A DNA stretch of 64,000 bases from Harriotta raleighana (lineage: Eukaryota): positions 5,758,015-5,822,014 of the forward strand of contig JBNZDD010013730.1 of assembly GCA_050575255.1 (NCBI GenBank), written 5' to 3'. Positions 24,581-36,905 of the stretch are shown in pieces. Within the stretch, counting starts at the first letter, position 1; each line of letters begins with the position of its first letter. A program made the position numbers and the translations under genes. Below the pieces are notes generated by a model. That model was not told the DNA's origin. It made no database searches and saw only the letters and a list, made by a program, of their open reading frames with translations.

Positions 24581-26996
24581 AATCTGACCGATCAGAATGT
24601 GACTGCTCTGTAGAATATTTTGAGTTCCTTAAACACTCATGCGATTGGTTGCGGCAGACTGACCATCTTCCTATTTGCTGTAAGCATATACAGGAACTCA
24701 GAAGTGGCTCCAGCAATGACTCTATGACCTGAAAGTGAGACCAATAGTCAATTTCATTCGCAGATCTGTTATAACATGGAGTCTACTTTTATAGCTCTGA
24801 GAAACCGCACTACAACAGGGGTCACCTTGTAGACTTCTACCTGGGATGTATCTGAGTTTTACTGTATACCCACCATCAGTATTATCTTTTATATAATAAT
24901 AGCAACAAATAACTATTCATTAAATTAACAAGTAAATGGGTCAGTCAAACCTCAAAAAAAGCTCCACTTCAAGTGATATCCGAAAACTAATTTCCTTTTT
25001 TCTTTTTGCCCATTTCCTCTGCACTTCGAAAGGTATTTGACCTTTTACCATTTTAACTGGACTCCCTGTGTATATCACTCGAGTTGCCAATCTTCCGAGG
25101 AGAGTCTTGCCAGTCACGTACTGGCAGCTTGTTTGGCCACTTCACAGTACAGCTCAATCCTGTACTCACCCAATTTCCCCCCACAACTTACCTACAGCAG
25201 GTGGGACTGGACAATAATCAAAAGTGGGAACCATGATTGTCTTTGTCCCTCATAATTCAGAATACTGAAGCCAGTTCCAACACTACAGTTGCTGCCCTGG
25301 ATGAAATCAATTAATTAAACACAGGTCCCAGGGGTTAACCTGGGACCTCGTTCTCAACTTCAAACCCAAATGGCCTCTGGAGACATCCATCATTGGGCTT
25401 CTTGGCCTCTGACTGGAAGGCTTGATGACAGCAGAACACTCCAGATGTTTTGGGACAAGGAGGCAGAACAGAGAAAACAAGCAAACAGCCAAGAGCACTC
25501 CCCAGAAGCGGACGCTCTCAGTCAGTCATAGAGAGGCACAGATGGTGGGCGTTGCAAAGCCTAAAGCCACACCACATCTCACTCCATGATCCAATGAGAC
25601 TAAATGATCGTGGCTAGAAGCAGTAAAGATGAGCAGGAAAAAAAGTCTCAAAAGCAAAATGAAAGATATACAAATAATGCAGATTTTGTTTCTTAAATCG
25701 TTGATTTTCAGGCCCTTCTCTCCTGAAGCCTGTTCCTTGCTTGGGTGAAGTTCTACACATGCCAGCTGCCCTCTGATATCTTTTACCAGTGGGCACTTAC
25801 ATGAATGAGCTTTGAGATGCATGTTGCCAGACCCTTTGATGACATAAAGCAACTTAGTCAAGTTTATTCCTGACCTCACCCAATGCCCACTTGCACTCAC
25901 TCTCCAACAGAGGTGACTGAATACACAAACAACAACTTGCATTTATATAGAGCACTTCAAACAAGGTAGTATCTCCCAACCAGGACAATAACAATCAGGA
26001 AAATAAATCCTGCCTGATTCTTTCTCTCCAGCTTTGAAGCAAATTGCTGCATGGCAAATTTTACGATGAATGAAATTGACTACTGTATTATCAGGAGAGT
26101 CTGTTATTAGACCCTGTGACCCCCCACTCAGTGTGTAATGCTACAGTGGGTGCTGTCTTTACAACAGAAACAAATCATTTCATTGAGAGCACAAAGATGA
26201 AAAATGAATCTAAAGCAACACAAAGCTTTTTTTTTGCTGAAAACTGACCTTTTCCTGTGATTCTTAGGGAATAAATAGTTTATGAGGCTGCTTTGATGTT
26301 TGATTTGGTCTAGACCTTTGACCCTAAAGTATGAAAGTGGGACTGAAAATGTGACTCCTTCCACTTCGGCTTGATGCATACAATCTCGCACAACAGCAAC
26401 AACTCAGAAAAACAATATTCCATAATGTGCACGACGGTGAGAGATCAATTTCTCGCATACTCTGCTATTCATTTTATACATTTCCAGTACACGCAGGAAT
26501 TGAACTAATGATGCAAGATGCACAGGAGAACCACAGCACTAAACTGATTTCTGCCCTTAAACATCTCAAGGGACAGGTATCAAACGATTGTGCAAACAAA
26601 AGGCTCTGACACAGGCATAGGCATGCAGAACGCAAGCAAACTTTCCAGTGGCATCAGTTTCCCTGAGCTCAATGCAGCCCAATTGCTGGAGTGAATCCAT
26701 TCATAGGTTGCTACAGTTCAAACCTAGCCCGCGCTGAACTTTGACTTAGGCTGTGGTGTATCTTTCCACCATTTCATATTGTACACCGCGGATCTAAAAG
26801 ACAACATTATTGACTCCTGTCGGGAACCGGAAGTATGTTGTGTGGACCCATGTTGTGTTGACCCACCGCACGTTAGAGTGACCTCAAGCATCTAGTTATT
26901 TCAGACTCAAATTACTAATGTGGATCCCGATTTTGCAGGTCTCCAGGCTAAGTGGAAAAGGGATTAACAGGAGTGCAAAACCCACCCCTCTCCCCA

Positions 26997-27020
26997 TACA
27001 CACACACACACACACACACA
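26997..27020. repeat. (CA)n microsatellite
   Basis: Seen directly. Confidence 0.9.
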
Positions 27021-28144
27021 TACTATCAGATAATCTTAGAACACAAACAGAGGCTGTGAAAAAAGATTGCAGTTTAAACTGCCGACTGTACGTACAACAG
27101 AGATAGTGACAAAAGAGGGAGGCTATGAAATTGAAAACAATCGGGTAAAATTAAACCTTTAATGTAACCTGAAGGTGAAGTATTCACAATGCGTTTGTGT
27201 TCAATTATTGAAGATCAACAACTATTAATAACAGGAGCCTGCATAGCGCACTTTTGTTTTTGCCTCTGAAACAAAGACTCAAATCCAGTTTACACTGAAT
27301 GTATTAAGGTTTTTTTCACCTGATGGCTGAAAAGGCTTCAAGAGAAAGACTTTTGGCCAATCTCACTCCACTCTTCATGGTCAGAAGCCCAGGCAAAAGG
27401 CTGATCATTTAGTATTGCTCAATAAGGCCATGACAATGATTCAAGCTGGAAAATGGAAAATTTCCTACTGCTGCAGTTGTGGTGTTCTTCTGAGCTTGAG
27501 ATCAATCTATTGTTCATACTGCTCACTAATTGTTAAATCAACACAAGTTAGACAGTGGTTCCAAATATTCAACAGAAATAGGAACTGTCATCATAAGTCA
27601 TCCTCCCAACACGATCTACAACGAGTGCATTAATGAATTAAGACGTGCTCAGTATAACCACAAGAGCGTAAATGACACTGGGCTCCCTCCCATGGGACTA
27701 ACTGAATGCACTTGGGTCACTCTTTGGACCTTGTGACCGGCTTTTCGATAACATGTGCATTTGAGCACAATTCAGGGGCCCCACACCTGGTGCTCACTTG
27801 CAAAGCACCAGAATCAGATGTTTGAATATTCCTGACCCGATTGAAAGTGACATGGAGCGGGAAGTATAAATGCAGTTTCCTGCTACACATCTGGTGGAGT
27901 AGATTCACTCCCGCGAATATATTTGCAACATATGGCACCTTGTTGGGGCAGAGCAAAAGGAACTTCATTCCGCATCGGGCCTGGCCTTACTTGGCCTGAG
28001 AATGCATGGTGCTGTCACTAGCTGCCAAAAGTGGAATTATTCCATTCCCCAGTGATGAGCATAAAAAACAGAAACATAAATAAAAATGAATATTAATATG
28101 ATGGCTGACTGCAACAACACAAGATCAATATTAATAATGGCAGA

Positions 28145-28330
28145 ATCGGTGGCATCATGTCCTTTCATCTGCAGGATCTGGGTTCATACCCAGCCCAGCC
28201 TGACAGAATAAAAGCTCCATCTACATAATTCAAATGGATTCAGAAGTTAAACTAGATAATTATTTTGGCTGCTGGAGGATGATTTTGGACAAGCCTTTCG
28301 CCTCCCAGGGAATAGCCACAAACATTTTAA
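28145..28330 (+). mobile_element. LF-SINE-like head fragment
   Basis: cctttcatctgcaggatctgggttcatacccagcccag resembles the LF-SINE head as I recall it (CCTTTCACCTCTAGG..GGGTTCAAATCCAGCCCAG). Confidence 0.4.
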
Positions 28331-29269
28331 TTTATTATTCCAAAGATATACTAGATGCTGGCAAAAAGGAAGTGAAAGCTTTCTCTTAATTTTTGCAGAA
28401 TCAACATAAGTCTGACGTTCAAACAATTGTCACGTATTCTAAACAAAACCCACGCAGACATAATGACCACAAAATGGGCCAGACTTGGAGGTTTTTAAAA
28501 AATATATTTCGGAGTTCACATATTTTTGTGACTGCTTTCCTAGTGAAGAATAATGAGAAATCTACAAGAGAGCTAGTTTCCATCTTTCATGTGAATGATA
28601 TTATGAGGCTGATGCATGATGAAAAACAAGCCACCAGAATTTTAAGAGCATTATTAAAATTCAAATCAGCTTCCTTCCCCTGCCATGGAGAGGACACTAA
28701 AACAATTAACTTGCCTCATAAAACTGAACAATTAGACATCTAACGGCTCCAGACTTGGATGATCTCATTTATAAAACAAGGTGATGCTCTTAACTCCGCC
28801 CATTTCCCGCAATTAAATGATTGATTTTATAGTTTATTAAAAAAAAAGGGCAGTAAGATCACATTAGGAGTGGATTAAATGTTTTGAGTTAAATAATCCC
28901 CTTTTCTGGTTAAAATCATTTCTTCGTAAATCCCACTCTGGTAATATCCTAAATGGCACTTAATCACGTCAATTCAATCCTGAGAGATTATAACGTTGCT
29001 TGCTAAAATTGGCAACAATCACAATTCAGGGAAACAGCCAGGGGTGCTCATTACTTTAATGATTTTTGATCAGAATACCATCTATTGACGATAGAAATGT
29101 CACAGAATGAGCACAAAATATCCTCTTATCTCTTTTCTTCTTTCCCACAAGCTCACTGATTCACACACACTCACACTCAATACCAGGTGGTACCAATTTA
29201 TTTCTATAAATTGACCAAATATATTTGGAGAAATACATTAAAAAATAAAATCCACAACAAACTGTTTCT

Positions 29270-29410
29270 GAGGTCAATTTGCTAATGATACCAAAGTGGT
29301 ATAGATAGACACATGCTGTTGGATAGACTGTTGATGCTCACTCTCCAGATAGGTTTGTACAGCAAGAGCAATCAGGGTACAAGGAGGATCCTGGAAAACT
29401 AGAGCATGGA
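29270..29410 (+). mobile_element. Ancient CR1/L2 RT relic
   Basis: QFANDTKVV at 29275-29301 (like KFADDTKL), then EDPGKLEH (like xDLDxLxxW). Confidence 0.3.
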
Positions 29411-30156
29411 ATAACTCAGACCCATTAAGACAGGAGGGAAGGAAATGTATTCCGAAGCAAGAAACATTTTCCTAAAATGCTACCACAAAGGGGTTCGCCC
29501 AATATGGTTATGAACTTCGAAGGAGAATTTGACAAGCAAGAAGTTCGAGCACAATGTGAGATTCAGTCTCCAAATTCACAGGCAGCTTCGAATGCAGACT
29601 GATCTTTGCAGTGAGACTTGAAAGAATTAATTCTTCATCTTTCTGTGCATTGAACAACTTGTGCACTATCAGCATATAGAAGGCTCCATAACGTCCATGG
29701 TTTGCAGAGACAACTAACCGAGTAAGCTCGTAAATTGCCCAAACCAAGCTCTTTTTCTGGAGAAACCACATTCCACGGCTCTTGAAATGAATTCTGATCC
29801 TACAGCCTGCTCTGCCGCCAGAGTAATGACTGTAGCTTAGGATCTCTATGCCACCCAACCACTCTGACTAACTTTTCCAGCCCCCAATTGACTTCACTCC
29901 ACAGATCCGATTTTTCAACCAACTGATAGATGATCAGGGCTACGAAGACAATGATCCAATCTGCAACAGGAGCAGGAAATGGGATTTTTTCTCTGCCATC
30001 TAAATGCTGGCTTCCACATATCATTCATAGTGGATAAATCCGCCATAAGTCCACTAAAAACAGCTTACAATTGTAATTTTGTTCTGTAGTGAGAGTGGGA
30101 ACAGAAGTACTGTTCATGCAAAGTATTGTAACATGAATAGGAATGAATCAACATAC

Positions 30157-30258
30157 ATGAGAGAGAGAGATTACAGATATAAAGAAAGAGAAATACAGAG
30201 TCAGAGATAGAGAAATGCACACAGAGAGATACAGAGAGAGAGAAAGGGAGAGAGACAC
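30157..30258. repeat. Degenerate GA-rich low-complexity tract
   Basis: Seen directly. Confidence 0.8.
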
Positions 30259-30338
30259 AGTACACTCCTGATAACTCAATGACAAGTTATCGGGTGTGGC
30301 TGGTTAGGATATGTATAAATCTGTAATTCAATATTTAT

Positions 30339-30623
30339 GGAGTCCTGTAGCTCAGTGGTTAAAGCACTGGCCTTACAAGTGTGAGACCTGTGTTCGAACC
30401 CAGGCAGGTCAGAGCGAAACCTTGGGCAAGTTTCCTTATTCCACTAATAATAATCCCTCCAACAAAAAAATAATTTCAATCCACAGACTGTTTGTGGGAC
30501 ACTGCTGTGCGCAATTGGCTGCCGCGATTCACCCACAAATATACCGTTAATTTACTTGACACTATGTTGTGTGAAGCGCTTTGAGAAGATGTGAAAAGCG
30601 CTAAGTCAAATGCAAGGATTATT
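30339..30623 (+). mobile_element. Full-length tRNA-derived SINE (resembles SINE2-1_CM as recalled)
   Basis: A box tagctcagtgg, B box gttcgaacc, A-rich linker and L2-like tail; possible TSD tatttat (30332-30338 and 30630-30636). Confidence 0.9.
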
Positions 30624-32082
30624 GTTTTGTATTTATAAATGGGGCCGGGACAATCTGTGTGCTGTGAATCTGTCCACACTCCCCACTAAGGCGGGAAGGG
30701 ATAAGGCGGGGATTACAAAACCCCAATTGTAACTGTGCCTTGCAAAAGTTGGCAGAAAACCTAGGTGGGGAAGCCTTGGTCCCTTCACCAAAATGGAGTG
30801 TGCAGAGGCCACCCTCCGCCTGGGCTTCCTGTAATGTGTTAACATGTTGCATCTTCTTTTCTGTAATGGGTTTGATTCTGTCTGAGACAAACGTAAATAT
30901 ATATATGTTTGTTTTAGAAAAATGCGGCCGGGTCAGTAGAATGGCTTAAGTGGTTGTGACGTGTTAAACCAGGAATGTACTGCAGGGATGAACTGCAAAG
31001 TATTTGTACATTGTTTTACTGCAATTGCCAAACACTCACAAACTACGTTTCTTTCCCCCTCTTTTTAAAACAGTTTTGTTACCTAAATTCAACTCTTCAA
31101 TCTCAGAGTCAGTCCGCACATCCAACTGCGGAGCCTGAGAACTAAATATCTGACGGGATGTGAGGATTTATATCAAACAGTTGGTGCGCATAAATTTCTA
31201 CAACACGCGCAAACCATGAGGTGCTTTGTCCTGAACAATTCAAATGCATCCAGGTTTACTTTGTAGGATATTCAACAATAAGGCAATGAATGTCACCATT
31301 CAGCACATGCAGTCCGATTATGCTCGAGCACACACTGCAGAATCATGTTGTTTTGTGCCTTTTTAATACGTTTGATATTGTGTTACTGCATCAGGGGGGG
31401 GAAAAAAAACTATACATTCCCTTTGCAGTTATCCTTCTTACAGGATTTATATGCATTAAGGCAAATGCTTACTAAAATGGTATCATGACGCAGCTGTTGA
31501 AAATAAATGTTGTGCTAAGCATGCTGAACCACTAAAAAGTACTCCTCAAACTACAGGATTTTGCATAATTTGTATCATTAAACCTTCAATACGTTCAAGC
31601 AGCCTTTTTGTCAAGCTTACCATATACTGTCCTGTATTTTGCTGAGGTTTTTATACAAATGCTCTTCATAGATCCCCACACTTCAGAGATTTTTCAGATA
31701 TGGTTTACTTTAGTTAAGAGTGCACAACCTTCTCTCCCGAGCCACTTAAGAGAAATATTCATCGTCAGATATTCAACAAAGTGGAGTTGAATGTACTTAT
31801 ATATTAATTTATTGCTGCAACTAGTTTTTTTTACGTAGTACTATTATTTTGTCAGTGCCTGTCTCCAATGGGTTTTATTTGTAATATTTTTTCTTCTGCT
31901 CTCTCTCCCCTCATCTCCTGAATTGATTGAAAGCATCATTCAATGTTGCAGCAAAGAAACAGGCTATTCAACCCATCACGTGACTGATGCACTGAGGCTT
32001 TACTCCCCGAGGCAACCGAATCCCATTCGCCTGTTCACTTCCAAAATGTGTTACATTCCTTCCCTTCAAGAATATATCTACT

Positions 32083-32374
32083 GGAGTCCTGTAGCTCAGT
32101 GGTTAGAGCACTCACTTCGCAGGCAAGAAACCTAGGTTCAATTCCAGGCCAAAATGTTGGGCATGTGTCCTTACTCCACATGCTTAATAATAAATAATCC
32201 CTCAAAAAAAAATTGGGTCACTCAATCCAAGACTGTTTGTGGGGCACTGGGGTGTGCAACCGGCTGCTACATTTCACCCACAAATATGCAGTCAATTCAC
32301 TTTACAGTATATTCTGTGAAGTGTTTTGAGACGTCTAGAAGATGTGAAAAGCGTGTGTCGGGATTATTATTATT
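32083..32374 (+). mobile_element. Full-length tRNA-derived SINE
   Basis: ggagtcctgtagctcagtggttagagcac..ggttcaattcc; collinear with the 30339 copy; (ATT)n tail. Confidence 0.9.
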
Positions 32375-33049
32375 AACTCCCTTTCAAAACAATTTCCAAA
32401 CTCTACTTCAACTATGATTTGTGTCTGAGAATCCCACATAACAATTACCTTCAACAACTTCAATTAATATAGCACATTTTATATTAGAAAAATGGATAGA
32501 AGCACTTTATTGAAATAGAGTTGGAACCTGAGCAGGGCTGGCGGATTGGAGATGGGGTGAGTAAAGGCAAAGAGATGGGTTTTTAAACGTTACAGAATTT
32601 TTTTTGGGTCTCTTTATATCGCAAATGTATGCCTATGCTATGATATGGTTTCAAGTTGTTTGTCCTTTGGTTACTTCCCTAAAGCAATCATTCTGCACGT
32701 CCAAGCCTGAGCAGTAAATGCCATCAACTCCCAACATTCCCAGGTATAGTTAACAGTAGATAAAAATCACTGAAGCACCCACTCTTGATTATTCTCCTGT
32801 GCAAAGATTGGGAAAGGGTAAAATTCATCTGAGCAATGATGCTCCAGGAGATCGAAAATCCTGTTAATAATCATTGTTAAGGCTGACATGTGATTATGTT
32901 CACTAGCATAAGGTACGGCATACTATGGCACCCGCTTTATTGAACCTTAGGGGAAGGAAAAATAAATTAAAACGTCTTCACGAGAGGGGAGGAAAATAGG
33001 AGAAAATTGGGGATAATCTCAAAACAAAAATCTTTGTACTGTCTTCAGA

Positions 33050-33445
33050 TTTCAATCCCTTTTCTCTTGAAAAGAGAAGGTTGAGGGGTGACCTAATAGA
33101 GGTCTTTAAAATTCTGAAAGTTTTGATGGCGTCGTCATAGGAAAGATGCTTCCACTTGTGGCAGAGACCAAAACCCGGGGCCATCATCATAAAATAGTCA
33201 CCAATTAATCTAATTAATGGTCGTCAGAAGAAACTTCAGGGAGTGGTGGGAATGTGGAACTTGCTACCACAAGGAGCATTGATGCTTTTAAGGGGAAATT
33301 AAATAAGTACATGAGGGAGAAAGGAATAGAAGATTACGCATCTAGGTTTAGTTGAGGAAGGGCAGGAGGAGGCTCATGTGGAGCATAAACACTGGTATGG
33401 AGCAGTTGAGCCAAATAGCCTGTTTCTGTGCTGCATATTCTATAT
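33050..33445 (+). mobile_element. CR1 LINE 3' end, older subfamily
   Basis: FSLEKRRLRGDLIEVFKILK, WNLLP and FKGKLNKYM; 3'UTR gagccaaatagcctgtttctgtgctg. Confidence 0.85.
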
Positions 33446-33920
33446 ACAGTAATTCTCTAGTTTACGTAAAACATTAGCCAGTCTTTTTGGGGCTTAATGT
33501 TTCAAGTCTAAGTAACAGAATCTTGTTTTTTTTTTAAACCTGAGCTCACTTGGATGAACTCCATGACAGCTCCTCGCAGGTTTCTGAACTTCTTGAGTCC
33601 ATGATAAATTTCGAACGACACAGTCATTGATCAACATATTTAACATGCAAGCCTTTACCAGCCAAACCACACTTCTGTTTGAAACCAAATTTCCTCGGAT
33701 TAAAATCCCAAATGGTTACCAGCAGCACTTCTAGTTTTCTTGTGAACACATTAACATTGAAAGGGCATCTTTGATCATCAAAAGTACATTCCACCTTTAA
33801 CATTTTACTTCAAAACTGATATATTTATATGAAACCCATGTTGGTTGTCAACAACACTGTTTGGTTGCTTTGAAATATCTTAGCTGATCATCACTAACTA
33901 TTGTAGTTAGCATTCTATTA

Positions 33921-34304
33921 TTACAATGTTTTCCAATTCAAAGACTGCAGAGTAATGACTCGCAGCTTTGATGTATTCCTACGTTCATGTTGCTGCCTTG
34001 CTAAAAGACAGATCTTTGCAATTTCCCCGTATGTGAGTTTTACGTATTGAAATGTTTGATCATCCCAACGAATTTGCATGCAAAACGCCACAAGCGAAAA
34101 TTTAAGTAACTGAGAAGCAGCCGCAAGCATATCTGACTGATTTAGTGTGGCCTCCAGATGCTTAAATCTGGTGCTCACAAGGCAATATGCAATGTAATGC
34201 AGCCCCTCTTTCAGGAGCAACCTAAATCCAATCACTGCAGTGTAGAGCTTTCTTAAACTAAATAGTTGTCTCGTGTTGGGGATTGTTGGCAATTGGCACA
34301 GCAA
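33921..34304 (-). mobile_element. Possible ancient RTE-like relic
   Basis: KLYTAVI..FKHLEAT..MQIRWDDQ spacing resembles RTE KVYRAVV..IKxLE..GIRWQDR. Confidence 0.25.
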
Positions 34305-34592
34305 TGAATTGGCAGAAAAGTTTGTACATTTCCTAATAAACTGTCGATGTCAACTTTTTACGAAATGCTGACATAAAGGATTTTGATCATAGAATGTGAG
34401 CTGCCTATCTTAATGAGGATGAATGGAATAGCTTAACTCAAGAAAACTGAATGTCCCGGATATCTTTTGTGCTTGGATTTTACCTTCATTTGTCGGTGTA
34501 CAGACTATATGAGAGAGAGAGAGAGAGAGAGGAGGAGGAACGTGCATTTAGAAATGGCTCGTGGACAACACTTACTTTGCTCTTCATCCAGT

Positions 34593-34830
34593 TTTTTTTC
34601 AACCAGACAATTTGATTTGTGCCCTTACAATGCAATAGAGATCTTTTCCCTTCCATATACACGTGTGTGTTTTTCTGATAAGTTGTTTCGGGTAGTTCTG
34701 TGATTTAATGCTNTTTTTTCAACCAGACAATTTGATTTGTGCCCTTACAATGCAATAGAGATCCTTTCCCTTCCATATACACGTGTGTGTTTTTCTGATA
34801 AGTTGTTTCAGGTAGTTCTGTGATTTAATA
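34593..34830. other. Assembly overlap duplication around single n (34713)
   Basis: About 118 bp repeated with few substitutions. Confidence 0.85.
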
Positions 34831-35093
34831 CGGCAGTGGGGGTGGCGGATGAAAACAATAGGAAATTGGGATTACAATAGGGCCTTATTATAATGTTAGT
34901 TGAGATCCATAAAATCCTAACCACCATTATAATAGGGCAAGATCGCCAGTCAGCACATTTGCATTAATTATATGTGTGGATAGAAAGCAGGTAAGATTCC
35001 TGTGCTAAAAAGACCAGTTTGCAGGTCATCAGATTACCTCCAACATCATGTTCTGTCTGCTGCAAATGTGCAATGCACACAAAGTGGTGGCTT

Positions 35094-35153
35094 CAACAAC
35101 AACAAAACTACAATTCTAGAGCGCCTTTCATGTCGGGAGGATGTCCCAAGGCT
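35094..35153 (-). mobile_element. Micro L2 tail insertion with 9-bp TSD
   Basis: ggcttcaac at 35089-35097 and 35150-35158 flanks (caa)n plus the L2 tail stem. Confidence 0.85.
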
Positions 35154-35365
35154 TCAACTTAATGACACAGAAATCAACCACTTTTTAGCATGCAAAAAGC
35201 CAACTGATATTTTGAAGTGAATTGTTCTGCTTTCTGCATGCATTGTGGAAAAAAATCTTGCGACTACAGTCAAATTGGTCTATAATCTAACCCGAATTAA
35301 AACTAAACACATTATTTTTATCGGTTGCATTGTATTAAGGGTTCCATTCTATTTTTTACTCTTAT

Positions 35366-35640
35366 GTGACAGCTTGGCTCAGTTCGGAGGACTTTTGCTC
35401 TGGATCAGAAGTTGTGAGTTCAAATTCTACGTTAGAGAGTTTCTCCTGGTGTTTGGCAAATAATCCTCCAGATAAAATTGTTCATTCATTTCATAGTCAT
35501 TTACGAACAATGATAGTGAACAAATTGGCTGTAGTCTTGGTGCATGCAAGGTCACTAAACTTTACTGCAATTCCCTGTAAAGAGCTTTGATGTGATAATG
35601 TATTATATATGATGATATATACTATATCAAATACAAGTTT
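35366..35640 (+). mobile_element. Old Deu-type SINE, internally deleted
   Basis: Head cagcttggctcagtt..tcagaagttgtgagttcaaat; agtttctcctggtgtttggc; degraded tail ctatatcaaatacaag. Confidence 0.6.
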
Positions 35641-36734
35641 TGATAGTGTAAAGTACAGTTGTCAATTTTAGAACAGGTCAGGAATAAGATCAGGTTTAGG
35701 AAAATTCCCTGCAGTTCAATCTCATTTACTACAGTTTAGTAGAGGCAGGTTGGGAGAAGAAGCTCTGTCTGCCAGCATTCCGGTGGATGCGTTACTGGGC
35801 TGCAGTTCGGAGGCAGCACAGGAGCTTTGCGTGAGCTTGGGACTTTGCAGTATCACTATGGGGGACGGGGGGGTGTGTGGGGTGGGCAATGGTTTCCAGA
35901 AAGTGATTTACTGTGTCTGATTTGATAGCATGACAGGGTGTGTAGCATGTTTGGCTGGTGGGGTTAGATGTTTCAACACAGATGTGGATAATATTGCTGA
36001 GTTAAAAAAAAATAAGATTCTGCTGGCACAAGGTCAGATTGAACATTGACTGTCTGAATACTTTACCAGACTTATGAGCACCAAATGTTATTAATAATAT
36101 AATTCAAGGTGACTGTATCCTCTTTTGGAGCATAGCTGGTGGGGGCCTCCGAAGAAGCAAAAACCTGATGCAAGATCTAAACTCAATCAGTTTTCATAAC
36201 TGCCGTCCGAATTTCCAATGAGTGATACTCCAAGGCGCAATATGCCACAGGACAACAAAACTGAAACATTGCTCTTTGACATCTCACAGTTCAGACATTT
36301 AGCCAGTGCACTGTCTGACAGAATCACCCTATTCAAGTACAACAAAGAATGTGGCTCAAAGGCACAGTAAAATGAATAGCAATTCAAGTTGTTTTTGGCA
36401 TTGGTGTTTAATTATTTGCTTTAGGTTACTAAAATGACCTTTAATGTGCAATAATGCCCTGTGTCGTAAAGCTCTATCGAAAGCCATCAGTCCCTCAGAT
36501 ACCTCTTGGGGGCAATATTTCAGCACGACTGCACTGAACTCAGTTGCTGTCGATCTGCGGTTTAAGAAAGCAGAAATAAAGTATAAATTTCAACTACCCC
36601 ATTAAACTATGTCCAAAAATGTTTAGGTTGCTTTCCTATGATGTAACTGTTATGCATTACGCGTCAACAAATAAATTGAACATACACAAGTGAAATGATT
36701 TTTTCGGGTTCAGAGAAAAGCTACGAGGAGTGAG

Positions 36735-36905
36735 AACCTGGTTGATTTTTTTAAAACTCCGCAGCCGAGGGGTTTGAGGCAATTCTCGCCCCACCACCAC
36801 TTCATTCTCCTTTGGCTGAGACAAACTCACTGAGCATAGACCTAAGACCTTCATGGTCCATATGACTTGGTTCCATTGCACCATAGGGAACATTTGACTA
36901 ATTAA
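36735..36905 (-). mobile_element. Old SINE-like family B
   Basis: Reverse complement catatggaccatgaaggtcttaggtctatgctcagtgag..aattgcctcaaacccctcggct..aaaatcaacc. Confidence 0.5.

Noticed and set aside
29864-30003. Plus-strand terminal exon PPIDFTPQIRFFNQLIDDQGYEDNDPICNRSRKWDFFSAI*
   Set aside because: The branch-like GACTAAC is too close to the AG, there is no polyA signal or partner exon, and I recognise no homology.
30339-30410. tRNA gene (also at 32083 and 56935)
   Set aside because: A and B boxes are present, but the sequence continues into a SINE body and tail, with no proper acceptor stem or terminator.
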